From Emiliania huxleyi CCMP1516 (lineage: Eukaryota): a stretch of 63,769 bases of DNA. The DNA is taken from the NCBI RefSeq assembly GCF_000372725.1, contig NW_005201123.1:124232-188000 (forward strand), read 5' to 3'. Of the stretch, positions 11,218 to 23,256 are shown in pieces. A model generated the notes under the pieces. The model ran no database searches. It had not been told where the DNA came from and saw only the letters and a program-made list of their open reading frames with translations. A program made the translations under genes and the position numbers. Every line of letters begins with the position of its first letter. The stretch's first letter is position 1.

Positions 11218-11841
11218 GCCCCGGTGAATCCTTGTGGACGATTTCGTATGATGAAGAGGGTTCGGCACCATGCACGATGCGGGGCACGTGGGCATAATCG
11301 GTAGGTAAACGAACAAGGTTCAATTCGTCTACGTACGGCTTAGTGAGTGGTTGGGGTGGCTTCAGGCATCCCCAAGGGAGCCTCTGCGGTGCCACATAAG
11401 CAGCTTAGTGATTGTCGAGACTTTAAAGTATTCGTTCGTTGGAAGATCTCGCGAACAAGACAGACACTGCTACTCGAGTAGATCTATGGTCTATGGTCAC
11501 CAGTAAATCATAATTCGACTTTGATCTTTGAGGGATCATATCTCAAAAAGCCGGGAGATAAATAAATAAACAATCTAATTCCCACACACGCTCGGCGCAC
11601 CGGCCTTGCTCGAGCCCTCGGCGAGGGCTTGTGCTGTGAATGCCAGGGTGTTGGGAAAGACAGTCTAGAGGGGGACGACACTGCCTCGGCAGCGTGCACC
11701 TCGATCCTGCACCGTGTTTGTTATGACCCCCCCAATGAACACCCCAGTGAGGGAGGGCGAGACGATCGAGGGGTCCCGTACCATGCGGAATCGGCCCTAT
11801 CCAGTGCTCAAGTCAGTCTCGCCAAACGAGGCCCGTGAGAT

Positions 11842-12700
11842 ATGAACGAGCCAGCAACTGACCTGCCAGTCGCGCTGCTGCAGGGCACGGGCGCTGCTCT
11901 CGTGGCCATAACGCTTAGCGCGCCGCTGGCGAGCACTGCCGGTGTTGCGGCGATCGCAGGTCCGCTGCGCCGTGTGCTTCCCGGCGCCGCATCTGTGCTG
12001 CACGCTTTTGCGGCCGGATGCCAGCGACTGCGTGCACGCGACAAGCTTTTCGTCGCATCGCACGCGATGACCACCTACGCGTGCGGCGACCTCCTCGTTC
12101 AGCTCGCGAGCCACACGGGAGGTGTTCTACACTCGTCCGCCGTTTCCCTGCATGCCGGGTCGCCCCACCACCGACAGTGCTGCGCCACCCAGGTGGGCCG
12201 ATCTCCTATGCACCGCTGCGCACCGTACGTAATTCGGCCGCTGGGATCATCTCCGACGTGCGCGCCTCCCCCGGTCGCTCTAAGTATCGCGATATCACCG
12301 CGTCGAGTGTGTGATCAGGCGCTGCCCTTTTACTACTGGTCTTCGCTGCTTGCCGGGGTCGGCAGCACGACGGCGCGCGCTCTTAGCTGAGCCCGAGATT
12401 GTTGCCATGGCGGCGCCCTACTGGCATGCCGTTCCTCCCACAGCCCGACGCGCGAGAGCATACGCCATCCGGATTCCCATCGCCGCGCTATTCTCAGGCG
12501 TGGCTTCCGGAGATGTTGCGCAGCTCGCCCGCGGCGTTGATCGCGCTCAAGGCCCGCCCGTACCCCCACCGACCACCATCATACTGCTTTTCCTAGGAGC
12601 GTGCGCGTATGCCCACATCAGGTGGCACTCCACATCGTGCTCTTCCAGACCGTTTCCAACGCCCTCTATCTCGCCTCGCACGCGCTGCTGTCTCGCTCCG
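11842..12700 (+). pseudogene. 3'-truncated duplicate of the Mpv17/PMP22-family gene
   Basis: Appears identical to 13813-14671 (offset 1971) but diverges before the last exon. Confidence 0.65.
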
Positions 12701-13812
12701 GTGTCTCGTGTGCCGCCGGCGTGGCGTGAATGTAGGCTTCACGCTGGGGTCGCTCCTCGTCACGAGCGCATCTGCCCCTCTTCTGGCTTCATTGGGATGC
12801 GAGGTCCGTCTGCACCCGCTCCCTCCACTCTGCGTTGGGATGTCAGGTACTGCGTAGCTCTTCCGTTGTGGAGGCACGCGACTCCAGACTGACCCTTTAC
12901 GCGCCAATGTATCACACCTCACGGTGCTGATGCTTGGTTCATGTGGAGAAGCCGAGATAAACTAGTCCGCCGATAACGATTGGGGTGGGGGCCCCAACTC
13001 GTGGTAGGCCACTAGTTTATCGTAGGGTACTCACGGATACCTCTCCTGAGTCCCTCTCGTGTGCCCCCTCGCGCACATCGCATGCGGTCTTCACTCAGCC
13101 TCCGCTGCTGTGAACACCAAACTTGCACTTCAGCTGGTGCGCGCTTTCGCCGCCTACTTTCGCGAGCGCGCTTGGCCCTTGCTCCTCATGCGCGGCGCTC
13201 TCGCTGCGCTCTCTCCCTGCTCATGGGACCTGATGCCGCGCCACCTCTGTGGCCGCTCCATCCTCTCTGACGGCGCCAGCCCTCCGGCTGCGCCATCTCT
13301 CTTTGGTTCCCACCCACCCTCTCCTTGGTGGCATGCTAAGCTCTCACGCTATCATGGGATCCACCGTGGCTCTCACGGCGAAGTCAGCTCGAGCCTCTGC
13401 TCGCGTAATGGGTCCTGTCGTCGGCCCATCTTACCTCTCCCCCCTCTTTATGCGGGGGAGACTCCCGCGTCGTTTACGCGGCGGTAGGTGCTCCACGTGT
13501 GGTGAGCTCCACCTCTCTCTCTACTTGGTCTGAGGTGCGAACCCTTACGGCGCCGCGGCCGGCTGCAGGACGTTGAGGTTACCTCCGGACCTGCAGTTCG
13601 TCCAAGCTGTTTGAGTCCCAACCCTCCGCCTTTAGTGGCAAGACCCCGGGGGATGTCAGGTACTGCGTAGCTCTTCCGTTGTGGAGGCACGCGACTCCAG
13701 ACTGACCCTTTACGCGCCAATGTATCACACCTCACGGTGCTGATGCTTGGTTCATGTGGAGAAGCCGAGATAAACTAGTCAAGTCAGTCTCGCCAAACGA
13801 GGCCCGTGAGAT

Positions 13813-14926
13813 ATGAACGAGCCAGCAACTGACCTGCCAGTCGCGCTGCTGCAGGGCACGGGCGCTGCTCTCGTGGCCATAACGCTTAGCGCGCCGCTGG
13901 CGAGCACTGCCGGTGTTGCGGCGATCGCAGGTCCGCTGCGCCGTGTGCTTCCCGGCGCCGCATCTGTGCTGCACGCTTTTGCGGCCGGATGCCAGCGACT
14001 GCGTGCACGCGACAAGCTTTTCGTCGCATCGCACGCGATGACCACCTACGCGTGCGGCGACCTCCTCGTTCAGCTCGCGAGCCACACGGGAGGTGTTCTA
14101 CACTCGTCCGCCGTTTCCCTGCATGCCGGGTCGCCCCACCACCGACAGTGCTGCGCCACCCAGGTGGGCCGATCTCCTATGCACCGCTGCGCACCGTACG
14201 TAATTCGGCCGCTGGGATCATCTCCGACGTGCGCGCCTCCCCCGGTCGCTCTAAGTATCGCGATATCACCGCGTCGAGTGTGTGATCAGGCGCTGCCCTT
14301 TTACTACTGGTCTTCGCTGCTTGCCGGGGTCGGCAGCACGACGGCGCGCGCTCTTAGCTGAGCCCGAGATTGTTGCCATGGCGGCGCCCTACTGGCATGC
14401 CGTTCCTCCCACAGCCCGACGCGCGAGAGCATACGCCATCCGGATTCCCATCGCCGCGCTATTCTCAGGCGTGGCTTCCGGAGATGTTGCGCAGCTCGCC
14501 CGCGGCGTTGATCGCGCTCAAGGCCCGCCCGTACCCCCACCGACCACCATCATACTGCTTTTCCTAGGAGCGTGCGCGTATGCCCACATCAGGTGGCACT
14601 CCACATCGTGCTCTTCCAGACCGTTTCCAACGCCCTCTATCTCGCCTCGCACGCGCTGCTGTCTCGCTCCGGTTGGCGTGGCGCCGTCACACGGTGCCAA
14701 TCGCGTTGACGCAGATGTCACGCCCCCCCCCCCCCATCCACCCCCCCCCCCCCTCTGCAGGGTGCGTCGCTCACTCTGGCAGACGTGCCTTGTCGCCGCG
14801 GTCAGTTTTGGCATCGGCGGGCCACTCGTCTACATGCTGCCCTCAGTCTTGCTACAGTCTGCCCTCCGCAACGTCGGCGTCCTCGGGTTCTCAAGCTACC
14901 TCGCACTCGTCGCAAACAGTGGCTGA
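13813..14926 (+). CDS. Mpv17/PMP22 family membrane protein, multi-exon
   Basis: TTYACGDLLVQLAS, LPFYYWSSLL, KVALHIVLFQTVSNALYL and the last exon SLWQTCL...PLVYMLPSVLLQSALRNVGVLGFSSYLALV fit the four-TM Mpv17/PMP22 pattern. Confidence 0.65.
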
Positions 14927-15593
14927 GGAGGCGAGTAGGCCCAAGGCGCTTACTGGCCAGCGGGCGTGAGGGCGGGACCGCGCGCTAACCGTTCAGCGCG
15001 CATTGGAGAGAGATCAGAGAAGTGTGAAGTGTGGGGGAGCGCGCCAGGGTTTTTCCATTTTCGTGCCTGATGCGTCTTGTTGCGTGTACTCCGCAACGTG
15101 TACCCTGCAACGTGTACCCGGCTTTGTACGTGTGGTCGGGATAAAGCTAAACCAGGTGCCTTCTGCGCCGGCGCGCGGGCCGCTGTGAGGGGTGTCTCTC
15201 GTCGAGTCTGCGGGGGGGGGGGCCCGCTGGGCCCCGGGGCCCCCGCTATTTTTTTCTCATTTCACATAATACGATTTGGATCAAACACCTTTCACAAATG
15301 ACAAAAGTATCAGGTGCGCCGCACCGTGGCGCGTGGGCACACAGTACACAACACGAGACACATGACACATTATCCGGAGTATGCACCACACTCCATGGTC
15401 TCCCACGCGCCGCTCGTGCGGCGTCATTTCACATGTACATGTGTATGCACTCTTGCAAGCCTCCTCGGCCCGAGTCAAATGCTATTGCATGGCCGTAAAT
15501 ATGTGCCAGGTGCGTACGAATGATAACTTAATACGGCACCCGCGGGCCGCTGCCTGCTCACCGCAAGCCCTAAAGATGCTATAGCCGCGCATG

Positions 15594-16964
15594 TCAGCAG
15601 CGCAGCGCCTGCTTCTTCTCTCGCATTTTAGTCCGCCAGACGCAGTAGGTCTTGAGCTGTAGCACAAACCACATGCCGAGCAGGAGGTAGAGCGAGTACA
15701 GGTCTGCCTCGTGGCCGAGTAGTTCGACGTCGTGGACAATAGGAATTGGGCCCGATCGCATCCCAAAGAGAGAAGTCACAATGGTCACAACCATCAAATA
15801 CAGGCACTGCTCGCCAATGTAACGGTCAAGAAGCGTCAAGTAGCTCACCGCGGGAACCATCGCGGTAATCGCCAACTTGTAGGCAGCCGCCGTTAGGAGC
15901 AACGCGAGCTGTGTCGCGATGCGGTCGCTCGGTTCGGCCATGGTGAAGGCGGTGGCGATCGAGAGGAAGGAGATCATCCCCATCGGAGCGACGACGTTGT
16001 ACAAGAAATAGCCGCATTGCCGCCTTACGGTGCACGTGATCGCGATCGCCGGGTACCTGTTTGCTTCACTGCCTGCGATGCGCTTGATCCCTGAGTGTGC
16101 GAAGGCCGTGGCTTTCGGCGGGAAGGGCGCGAGGTCGTACTCATTCTTGAGGTTGAAGGCCTCGCGGTCGATCGAACTAACCATATCGGGTGAGAGCTCC
16201 AGCTTCACCGGAAACGGACTTGCGCCAATGGCGCATTGTATCTCGACCTGGAGAGTTAGCTCCTGCACGTCGAGGGGGAACTCCTGCAGCTCCATGATTT
16301 CTTGAAATTCGCCCTCGAACCTGAGGATGCACATCAGGTCGTCCCCCCGACGCAGAACCTTGCGCTCCTTGAAGTCGCTCGCGTCTACCGGTTTGTTGGA
16401 GTTGATGAGGCGGAATTGATCCGTGAGGTACCAGAGGACGCTTGGCACCACGGGACACTCCGCGTTGTCCTCCTCGGTCATAGTGTTTTCAACCAAGCCG
16501 TCAAAGCCACGCTTGTAGAAGCGGGTGTCAAGTGCACCGCCGGGAGCGCGAAGTTCCATGTAGTATTGGGCGATGAACACCTGCTCTGCAATCAATATGT
16601 GCTTGATCTTGACAAACACCCTTTGCAACAGGAATATCCGCTCGGGGGCCAGCGCTTTCCGAGTGGGTGCGACACTCTCTTGCCGAACGCGCTGTGGCCA
16701 CAGCCGGCCGGCGTCCCCGGGCGGAATCTCGCCGGGACCATTCCTACGTCGATCCCCCGCATCGGCGACAGCACCGCCACCGGCACCCCGCATAGCACGG
16801 CAACCAGCAGATCTGCTCTGTGCAGAATTAGGGAAAGAAGCGGCATTGTCCGGCTGCAGGTACGTTTCCGGAAGGCGCGCCCAATCGGGTGTCCTCTGGC
16901 GTGCGCCGTGGTCGGACGACGAAGATGCCGCGACTGGTGGCGGGGCGTGGGTCGCCGCCGCCAT
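15594..16964 (-). CDS. Cys-less pentameric ligand-gated ion channel (GLIC/ELIC-like Pro-loop receptor), intronless
   Basis: FQEIMELQEFPLDVQELTLQV (Pro-loop), pre-M1 VRRQCGYFLYNVVAP, M2 DRIATQLALLLTAAAYK, M2-M3 VPAVSYLTLLDRY, M4 at the C-terminus. Confidence 0.9.
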   Translation of the reverse strand: MAAATHAPPPVAASSSSDHGARQRTPDWARLPETYLQPDNAASFPNSAQSRSAGCRAMRGAGGGAVADAGDRRRNGPGEIPPGDAGRLWPQRVRQESVAPTRKALAPERIFLLQRVFVKIKHILIAEQVFIAQYYMELRAPGGALDTRFYKRGFDGLVENTMTEEDNAECPVVPSVLWYLTDQFRLINSNKPVDASDFKERKVLRRGDDLMCILRFEGEFQEIMELQEFPLDVQELTLQVEIQCAIGASPFPVKLELSPDMVSSIDREAFNLKNEYDLAPFPPKATAFAHSGIKRIAGSEANRYPAIAITCTVRRQCGYFLYNVVAPMGMISFLSIATAFTMAEPSDRIATQLALLLTAAAYKLAITAMVPAVSYLTLLDRYIGEQCLYLMVVTIVTSLFGMRSGPIPIVHDVELLGHEADLYSLYLLLGMWFVLQLKTYCVWRTKMREKKQALRC

Positions 16965-17089
16965 GTGTGTGGTTGAGCCGCGTCCGTCCTCTTGGCCGGA
17001 GAATCTTACAACAAAACTCCCTCGCACAACACTGGGCACGGGACTGGCGCGCACTGGCACTAACACAGGCCGGAGAAAAGACAAACTCA

Positions 17090-18258
17090 GCTTCTTAGCT
17101 CCAAGATTCTTAGCTCCCCGGCCCTGGATGTGCGGTTACTGACTGCACTCCAAGTGCTCCAAGTGCTCAGTACGGGGCTAGGGCTCTCTTGCCCGCAACC
17201 CGATCCTGATCATCCGGCCCGCTGGGTGCGCTTCTCAGCTCCCCGGCCCTGGATGTGAGGCTACTAACCGCACTCCAAGTGCTCCAAGTGCTCCAAGTAC
17301 CAGGGTAGTCAGTGTTACACCCTCACCCGGGGAGTCGGGCGCGGGATCGCCGGAGGCGGAGTCAACAGGATCAAGCAGAGAAGACGAGACGGCGGCGGGG
17401 CCGCAGCCGAAAAAGGCTAGGAGGGGAGGTCGGGCCCCGCGCCCGTCGCACAACTATCGGGATGCGACCAGAAGGAAGGACCGAGAGGTGGGGGAAGACG
17501 CCACGGAGTGAAAGTTGGGAGACCACGAAGAGGGGTCCGGTGTGGTGAGGTGCCGGGTGTGGATGGGCGTCGAGTCCGTGTCGAGTGTTTACTAGCTCCG
17601 AGTAGAGGGGGCGTTCTGCTGCTAGGGGAAACCTGGAGCGCGGAGCTAACCCTCGGATACCCGTGTTTACTTTACGGCCCGCCTTTCCCTGCGAACGGCG
17701 AACGCGCACCCCCCCTAGCTAGGTGGGTCAGGGCTCTCTAGCCCGTAGCCCGATGCCGATCATCCGGCTCGCTGGGTGCGCTTCTTAGCTCCCCGGCCCT
17801 GGATGTGAGGTTAATGACTGCACTCCAAGTGCTCCAAGTTACACACCTCCTAGCATGGAGGACGGGCCCACACGCACACACACGCTGCACACGATTGGCT
17901 CGGGAGCCGACACGAGGCACACTGTCACCGGCTGTAGCACCGGGTCCGGACTGCTGGACACACAGCACACAGGTCACACCGACTCACAGGTACGGGGTGT
18001 GGACCGTGAGTTGACCAGGGGTTGTGCGCCGGGCCCTCCTGCTCGGCTCCAGCCAGTAGACAAGTCTTGTCACTAACAGAGTAGAAGGATCTGACCTCGG
18101 GGCCGATGTGACCAAGCGCTGGTAGCGTGGTTTTACCTCACACCCATGGTCTCACAGTGTGCCGGCAGTCGCCGAGCAGTGTCGCTCACACAAGCCGCAG
18201 CACAAGTGACTGAGGGCCAGTGAGGGCGAGCCCATCGCTGTCACAGCTGTGGTAGCCG
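17090..18258 (+). mobile_element. composite repeat-family member with internal direct repeats; related inverted copy at 61935-63570
   Basis: Three copies of CT(T/C)AGCTCCCCGGCCCTGGATGTG...GCACTCCAAGTGCTCCAAGT. 17614-17788 matches revcomp 63397-63565; 17991-18258 matches revcomp 61935-62203. Confidence 0.75.
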
Positions 18259-18791
18259 CACAGTAGGCTGTGTCAACTGTGCAGAGCGTGTGAGCAGCCG
18301 AGGAGCTGCTCTCCAGGCTTCTGACGCAAAGAGCTGCATGCCATCGAAGGCGCTGTCGAGGTTCGCCGAGCGCGGCGCAGGTTGGAGGACACCGTCACCG
18401 ACGAGCGCGTTGGACTTTTCACTCCGGACAAAAACGCGGCACAGCGGACGGTGCGGGGCGTGCCGCAAACTTAGCGGCGAGGCGCGGGACCGTCTGTGGC
18501 GAAGTGGGTCGCGTCCTCCGATTTCCTCAACTCACGGTCCGCTCCCTCTACAGCACACAGGAGTCAGGACAGCTCACCGAGGAGCGAGGTGGCGCTATGT
18601 AGTGGGGTTCTCATGGGACTGAGTGCTCTGCAAAAACAATTGAAAAAAGGGCGGTTAATCCAAACCGTAAAATAGGCCAGAAAAAGCCCCGCTGCAGCCG
18701 GGCGAGAGGCGAACGCCGAGATCGCGGGTACAGGTATGGCCCTCCCCTTTTAAGGCCTGCAACCCTGTGCCTGTCTGCCGACGCAAGTCCA

Positions 18792-18802
18792 TCAGCAGGG
18801 GT

Positions 18803-18872
<70 letters not shown>

Positions 18873-20521
18873 CGGTGGCGGCGCCTCGGGCGCGGGGGGG
18901 GGCGGCTCGTGCCCGGGAGGCTGCGCCAAGGCCAGCGCTTCGCATCGCGGCTGCACGGGCGCCGGGCCAGGCGGCGCGCCCAAGTACCCACACCCGCCGC
19001 CGTAGTGGCCGGGGTAGGCTGCGCCCTGCCAGCCGGCCCCGGTCCCATAGTGGCCCTGCCAGCCGGCCCCGCCGCCGTAGTGGCCATCGTAGGCTCCGTA
19101 GTAGCCTGGGTAGGCTCCGCCCTGCCAGCCGGGGCCGGCGCCACCGTGATAGCCGTACCCATGCGGTGGCGGGTACCCGTGCGGTTGCGGGTACCCGTGC
19201 GCCGAGCCCCGAGGCGGATGCCCGGGTGGCGGCGCAGGGTGTGTGTGCCCGTGCGGTGGCGCGGCGCTGCTGCCATCGGCACTTGCCGGCGGTCTCCGCG
19301 CCGCCTCATCGGTAGAGGAGGGAACAGCGGGACCGGCGCCGTTTGCAGCTGCAAGCGCAGGTGGCGGCAGCCCGGGCGGCGGCTTGGGCCCTCGCTTTTC
19401 GAAATCGTCACGAACCGCCTGCGCGCACGGGAGGGGGGGGGGGGGGGTTCTGGCAATCGGTCGATGCGAGCAAAGGGAGGAGGCCCCCCTCGCTCCAGGG
19501 CACTCCTCGCCCCTCCGAGACGGCCCATCACCCGCCACACACCTTGACGAGCGACTCGGCCAGCGTCCGTCCGAGCTCGAGCGCCTCCGGGCTTGGAGCC
19601 TGCCGGGGAGCCACGCACGGGTGAGCGGTGGTATCCCCAGCGTCTGCCAGCCTCTCTCGACTCTAGCCTCTCTCTCCGCACCGACCCCCGCCACTATGCA
19701 TCACTGACCGAGATCGAGATGTGGAGGGGCCGCGTGTCGAGGCCGCCGTCCACGGTGCTGCATCCCTTGCCGGAAAGCTGCACGCGGCAGCCCGACCGCT
19801 CCTGGATGTGTTTCAGGTAGGCGCCCCTCGGCCCAAGCAGCTTCCCTCGGAGCTGGTAGCCAGTGCACGTCACGTCGAGCCCAACATCCACGTCGCAATG
19901 CAGCACACCGCCCGCCGCGGCGCTCGCCGCGCCTCCCACCGTCGCCGCGGAGCCCGCCAGCGCCGCTGCCGCCGCCGCGGCGGGGTCGCAGGTGCCGCCA
20001 CCATTTGAGTACCCGGGCGCCGGCTCTGGCGGAGGGCCCATGAGCTCGCGCAAGATCGCCTCTGCCCGTTCGATCGCCTCCTGTGTGTCCGCCTCGAGGT
20101 GCAGGTGCAGCGGCCGCTCGTCGGTCGACGTGTCGCCCGGCGGCTTATACCGCCCACGAATCACGATCGACGCCCCGGTTTGCGACGTGACCTCCTCGTG
20201 CGTCTGTTTGCGCGTGAGGGCGCCCTTCGTCTTGCAGTCGTTGATGTCGATGTCCAGAAACGGCCGCCCGGCGAGCAGCCCCGAGGCGACACCTCCGCCG
20301 CCTCCGCCGCCACCGACCAGGCCGGGGAGCCGGAGGCTCGCCACCGCCGCCGCCGCCGCCGCCGCCGCTGCGGCGGCGACACGAGCCGCCTCCTCGGGAT
20401 TGGACGCGGCGGGCGCCTGCGCCTGCGGGGCGGCGGGCGCGGCCTCCGCCGGCGCGGCGGCTCCCCAGCGCCTACGCTTGCGAGGCTGCTCTGCACCGGG
20501 ATCAGCAGCGGTCGGCTCCAT
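18792..20521 (-). CDS. KHDC4: KH-domain RNA-binding protein (KHDC4/BLOM7/RIK-like) with Pro/Gly/Tyr-rich C-terminus; 2 introns
   Basis: DIDINDCKTKGALTRKQTHEEV...GASIVIRGRY...ERPLHLHL (KH1) and LRGKLLGPRGAYLKHIQERSGCRVQLSGKG...RPLHISIS (KH2). The poly-Pro tail is encoded by (GCC)n at about 18804-18880. Confidence 0.85.
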
Positions 20522-21267
20522 GGACACGTTAGGAAAAAAGAAACGGCCAGCGGAAAGAAACGGGCGCCCTCCCACACACAACACTGGGCACGGGGAAGAC
20601 TAACGCGCCGCGCGCATGTAAGATACTCGCACATTAGATTCATTACAGAGAGAGAGAGCTTCCGAGCTCTCACGCCGCGAGTAGGGCCCTTAGGGGCCTA
20701 GAGAACACAACCCCCTCTCCCTTTCCTCCCAGTAAGCTAAAAGTACATACACAGCGGGAAAGAATTGATTCGAGGCGAAAGAATGAGATCAAAGTATATT
20801 TACATCGAAAAGAGTTGCGAGCGCCATACAGACCTCGCGCACGCAGATTTTTTTACCGCTGCACGCTCGCACAGTGGGCAAAAAGTTGAGCAGGAAAAAG
20901 ATTGAGCAGGAAGGATGAGCTCGTAGGTAGGCGGTAGAGAACGCACGCAGCCACAGTCCTGTCGGCAACAACAAAACACAAGTCGGCTGTCGGGGGCGGC
21001 CCGCGCGACGCTTGAGGCGAGATAGCTTCGAGCCCCTGGTATTGGTTCCCTGGGAAACATTCAAATTCTGCCGCGCGCGCGCGCGCACGCGCGCGTGTGT
21101 GTGTGTGTGCTACTCATGGAGGCAACCGATGCGAGTCGACTGGTGTGTGTCGTCGTGGTTTCGTTCCTTCAAGAACGCCTGACTGAGGGAGGGTGTAGAG
21201 GATGTAGAAGGTAAGCGCTGTAGAGCTAGAGATGTACAGCGCTCTGCCTCTGGAGCGCTGTAGAGCT

Positions 21268-21767
21268 CTTGGTACCCCTAGATAGGCTTAAAAGGGTGGG
21301 CCCTGGGGCGCCTGCGGCTTAAACGGCTTAAAACCTGCCATGGCAGGTTTTAAGAGCTGCTGGGCCGCCGATTCCTTAAACGGTCTTAAACGCTTAAACG
21401 GTGCGGGAGAGTTCCCGAGGTCGATGGTCCGGGAGGCTCCCCCCTCCCCGGTAGACGCCGGAGGCCGGGAGAAGCTGGCTACAGTCAGCTGGCACGCGTC
21501 CCCTATGCGAGTATGGCTCCTGCCAGTGCACCAGACTTACAGATGTGTCTTCAGTGGCGGGTTTGTGCCTATTAACGGCAGTATTGGAGAAACCGGCGCG
21601 GACCCCAGCGACGCGTGCCGGTGAGGCCGATTTTCTTAAACGGACTTAAAAGAGGGACGCCCCCCGTGCCTGCAATCTCTTAAATGACAATTTGAGCCCC
21701 CAAACCTCCTCATTTCTTAAAAGGTCTTAAAACAATCCGGCCCTCAGAACCCTAGGGGTACCCTAAG
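21268..21767. mobile_element. 500-bp MITE with 8-bp TSD (hAT- or P-like), TTAA-rich interior
   Basis: Left end CTTGGTACCCCTAG, right end CTAGGGGTACCCTAAG. GTAGAGCT lies on both flanks (21260-21267, 21768-21775). A second partial copy starts at 6933. Confidence 0.85.
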
Positions 21768-22379
21768 GTAGAGCTGTACAGCTCGAGTCACAGTCTGATG
21801 ATGTGCTGGCACTGGTTCTGTACATTTCTTACGCCCGGCCACAAGCCATCCGGGCTGTGAAAAGTAACGTGAAAAGCTTGCTGTCTCGCCCTTCTCGACT
21901 GTCTGTGCTTGTGCGTCTTGGGTCCGGGGTCGTGCCGCGTTTATGTGTCAGCTTGCTGCCATCTGTCCCGATCGTGACCAACCAAAGCCCCCCCTCTTCT
22001 GAGATCCGTGCTTGCACCGATCCTGAATCGTCCACCGCTCCCCAGCCGTGCTCGCCGAACATCAGCCGCCGCCGCCGACGACGCGCCGACAACTCCTGAA
22101 AAGGCAGGCATCAAATGTCGAGGACGGAGAGCATTGCGAGAATCGTACCAAACTCGGTCAGGGGTGGTGAAGAGATGTAGGACCTTCCTTAGGTCCGCCT
22201 CTCACACCCTCACTGTCTGCGATGTGAGCATGTGAGCTTCTTGTTTCCTATCAACCTATCTGTGAAAAGCTTGCGAGCAGCGAGTGGGAGAGGCGCGGCG
22301 CTTGGACTACGAGCTTACTTCCTCTTGATCACAGCGGGAGCAGGCGGACATCGCTTCCAAGGGGGGGGGTGCTTCTCTC

Positions 22380-23100
22380 CACACCACATGCTAGGGGGGG
22401 GGGTCGTGGAGGACCCCCCCAGAGACTCGTGGTCAGCCCTCCGGGCCCTTGATTTTACGCCTCATTTCGCAGCATTTTCGAGGGGAAAATCACCCTTTGG
22501 AGCTACATGAGCCTTCAGACTGGTCAGATTCTCCAAGAATTGGACTTTCAGCCACGATTTCACAACTTTGGGGGCAAAAATCGGCTCTCTGGCGGCTATT
22601 CCTAGCCCACGAACTGCTGGGGGGTGCCTACCACATGCTAGGGGGGGGGGGTCCGACCCCCCCAGAGGCTTCACCACATGCTAGGGGGGGGGTCCCGACC
22701 CCCCCAGAGGCTTCACCACATGCTAGGGGGGCGGGCCCGGGCGGGGCCGGTTCGGGCCCGGCAGGGGCACCGGCGGGCCCCGGCCGGGTCAAAAGTGGCC
22801 GCTCCCGGGCCGCCGAGCGTGCTTTAGCCGGGCCGGTTTTCTCCTCGCCGGGCCCGCCTCGCGCAAAACGGGCCCGGCAAACCGCCTTCCTGCCCGGGCT
22901 CGGCTGTGAGTGAGCGGGCCGGCCTATGTGCCGCAGACGGGCCCGGGCAGGACGGTTTGCCGGGCCCGTTTTCTCCTCGCCGGGCCCGCCTCGCTCCTCG
23001 ACCTGCTGATTTGGGCGCTTCGGCCCGGGAGTGGCAAGCCGGGCCCGGCAAAGCGCGCGGGCCGGGCCCGGGAGGGGCAAGCCGGGCCCGGCGCCCCACT
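22380..23100. repeat. complex GC-rich repeat block (ACCACATGCTAGGGGG x4 including a ~42-bp tandem; GGGCCCG-rich direct repeats)
   Basis: ACCACATGCTAGGGGG at about 22383, 22630, 22674 and 22716. TTTTCTCCTCGCCGGGCCCGCCTCGC occurs twice (about 22837 and 22968). Confidence 0.75.
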
Positions 23101-23256
23101 TTGCAAATCGACCCGATTCCCATCCAATATCTCCCACTCGGCCGCGGAGGCCCCAACTGAGAGCGGGGCCCGGGGGAGGGGGTCCCTACTGGTCGTGCCC
23201 ACCCCTCGCACGACCCCGGGCGACAGCGGGGGACCCCTGGACGAGGGGCGACTGCG

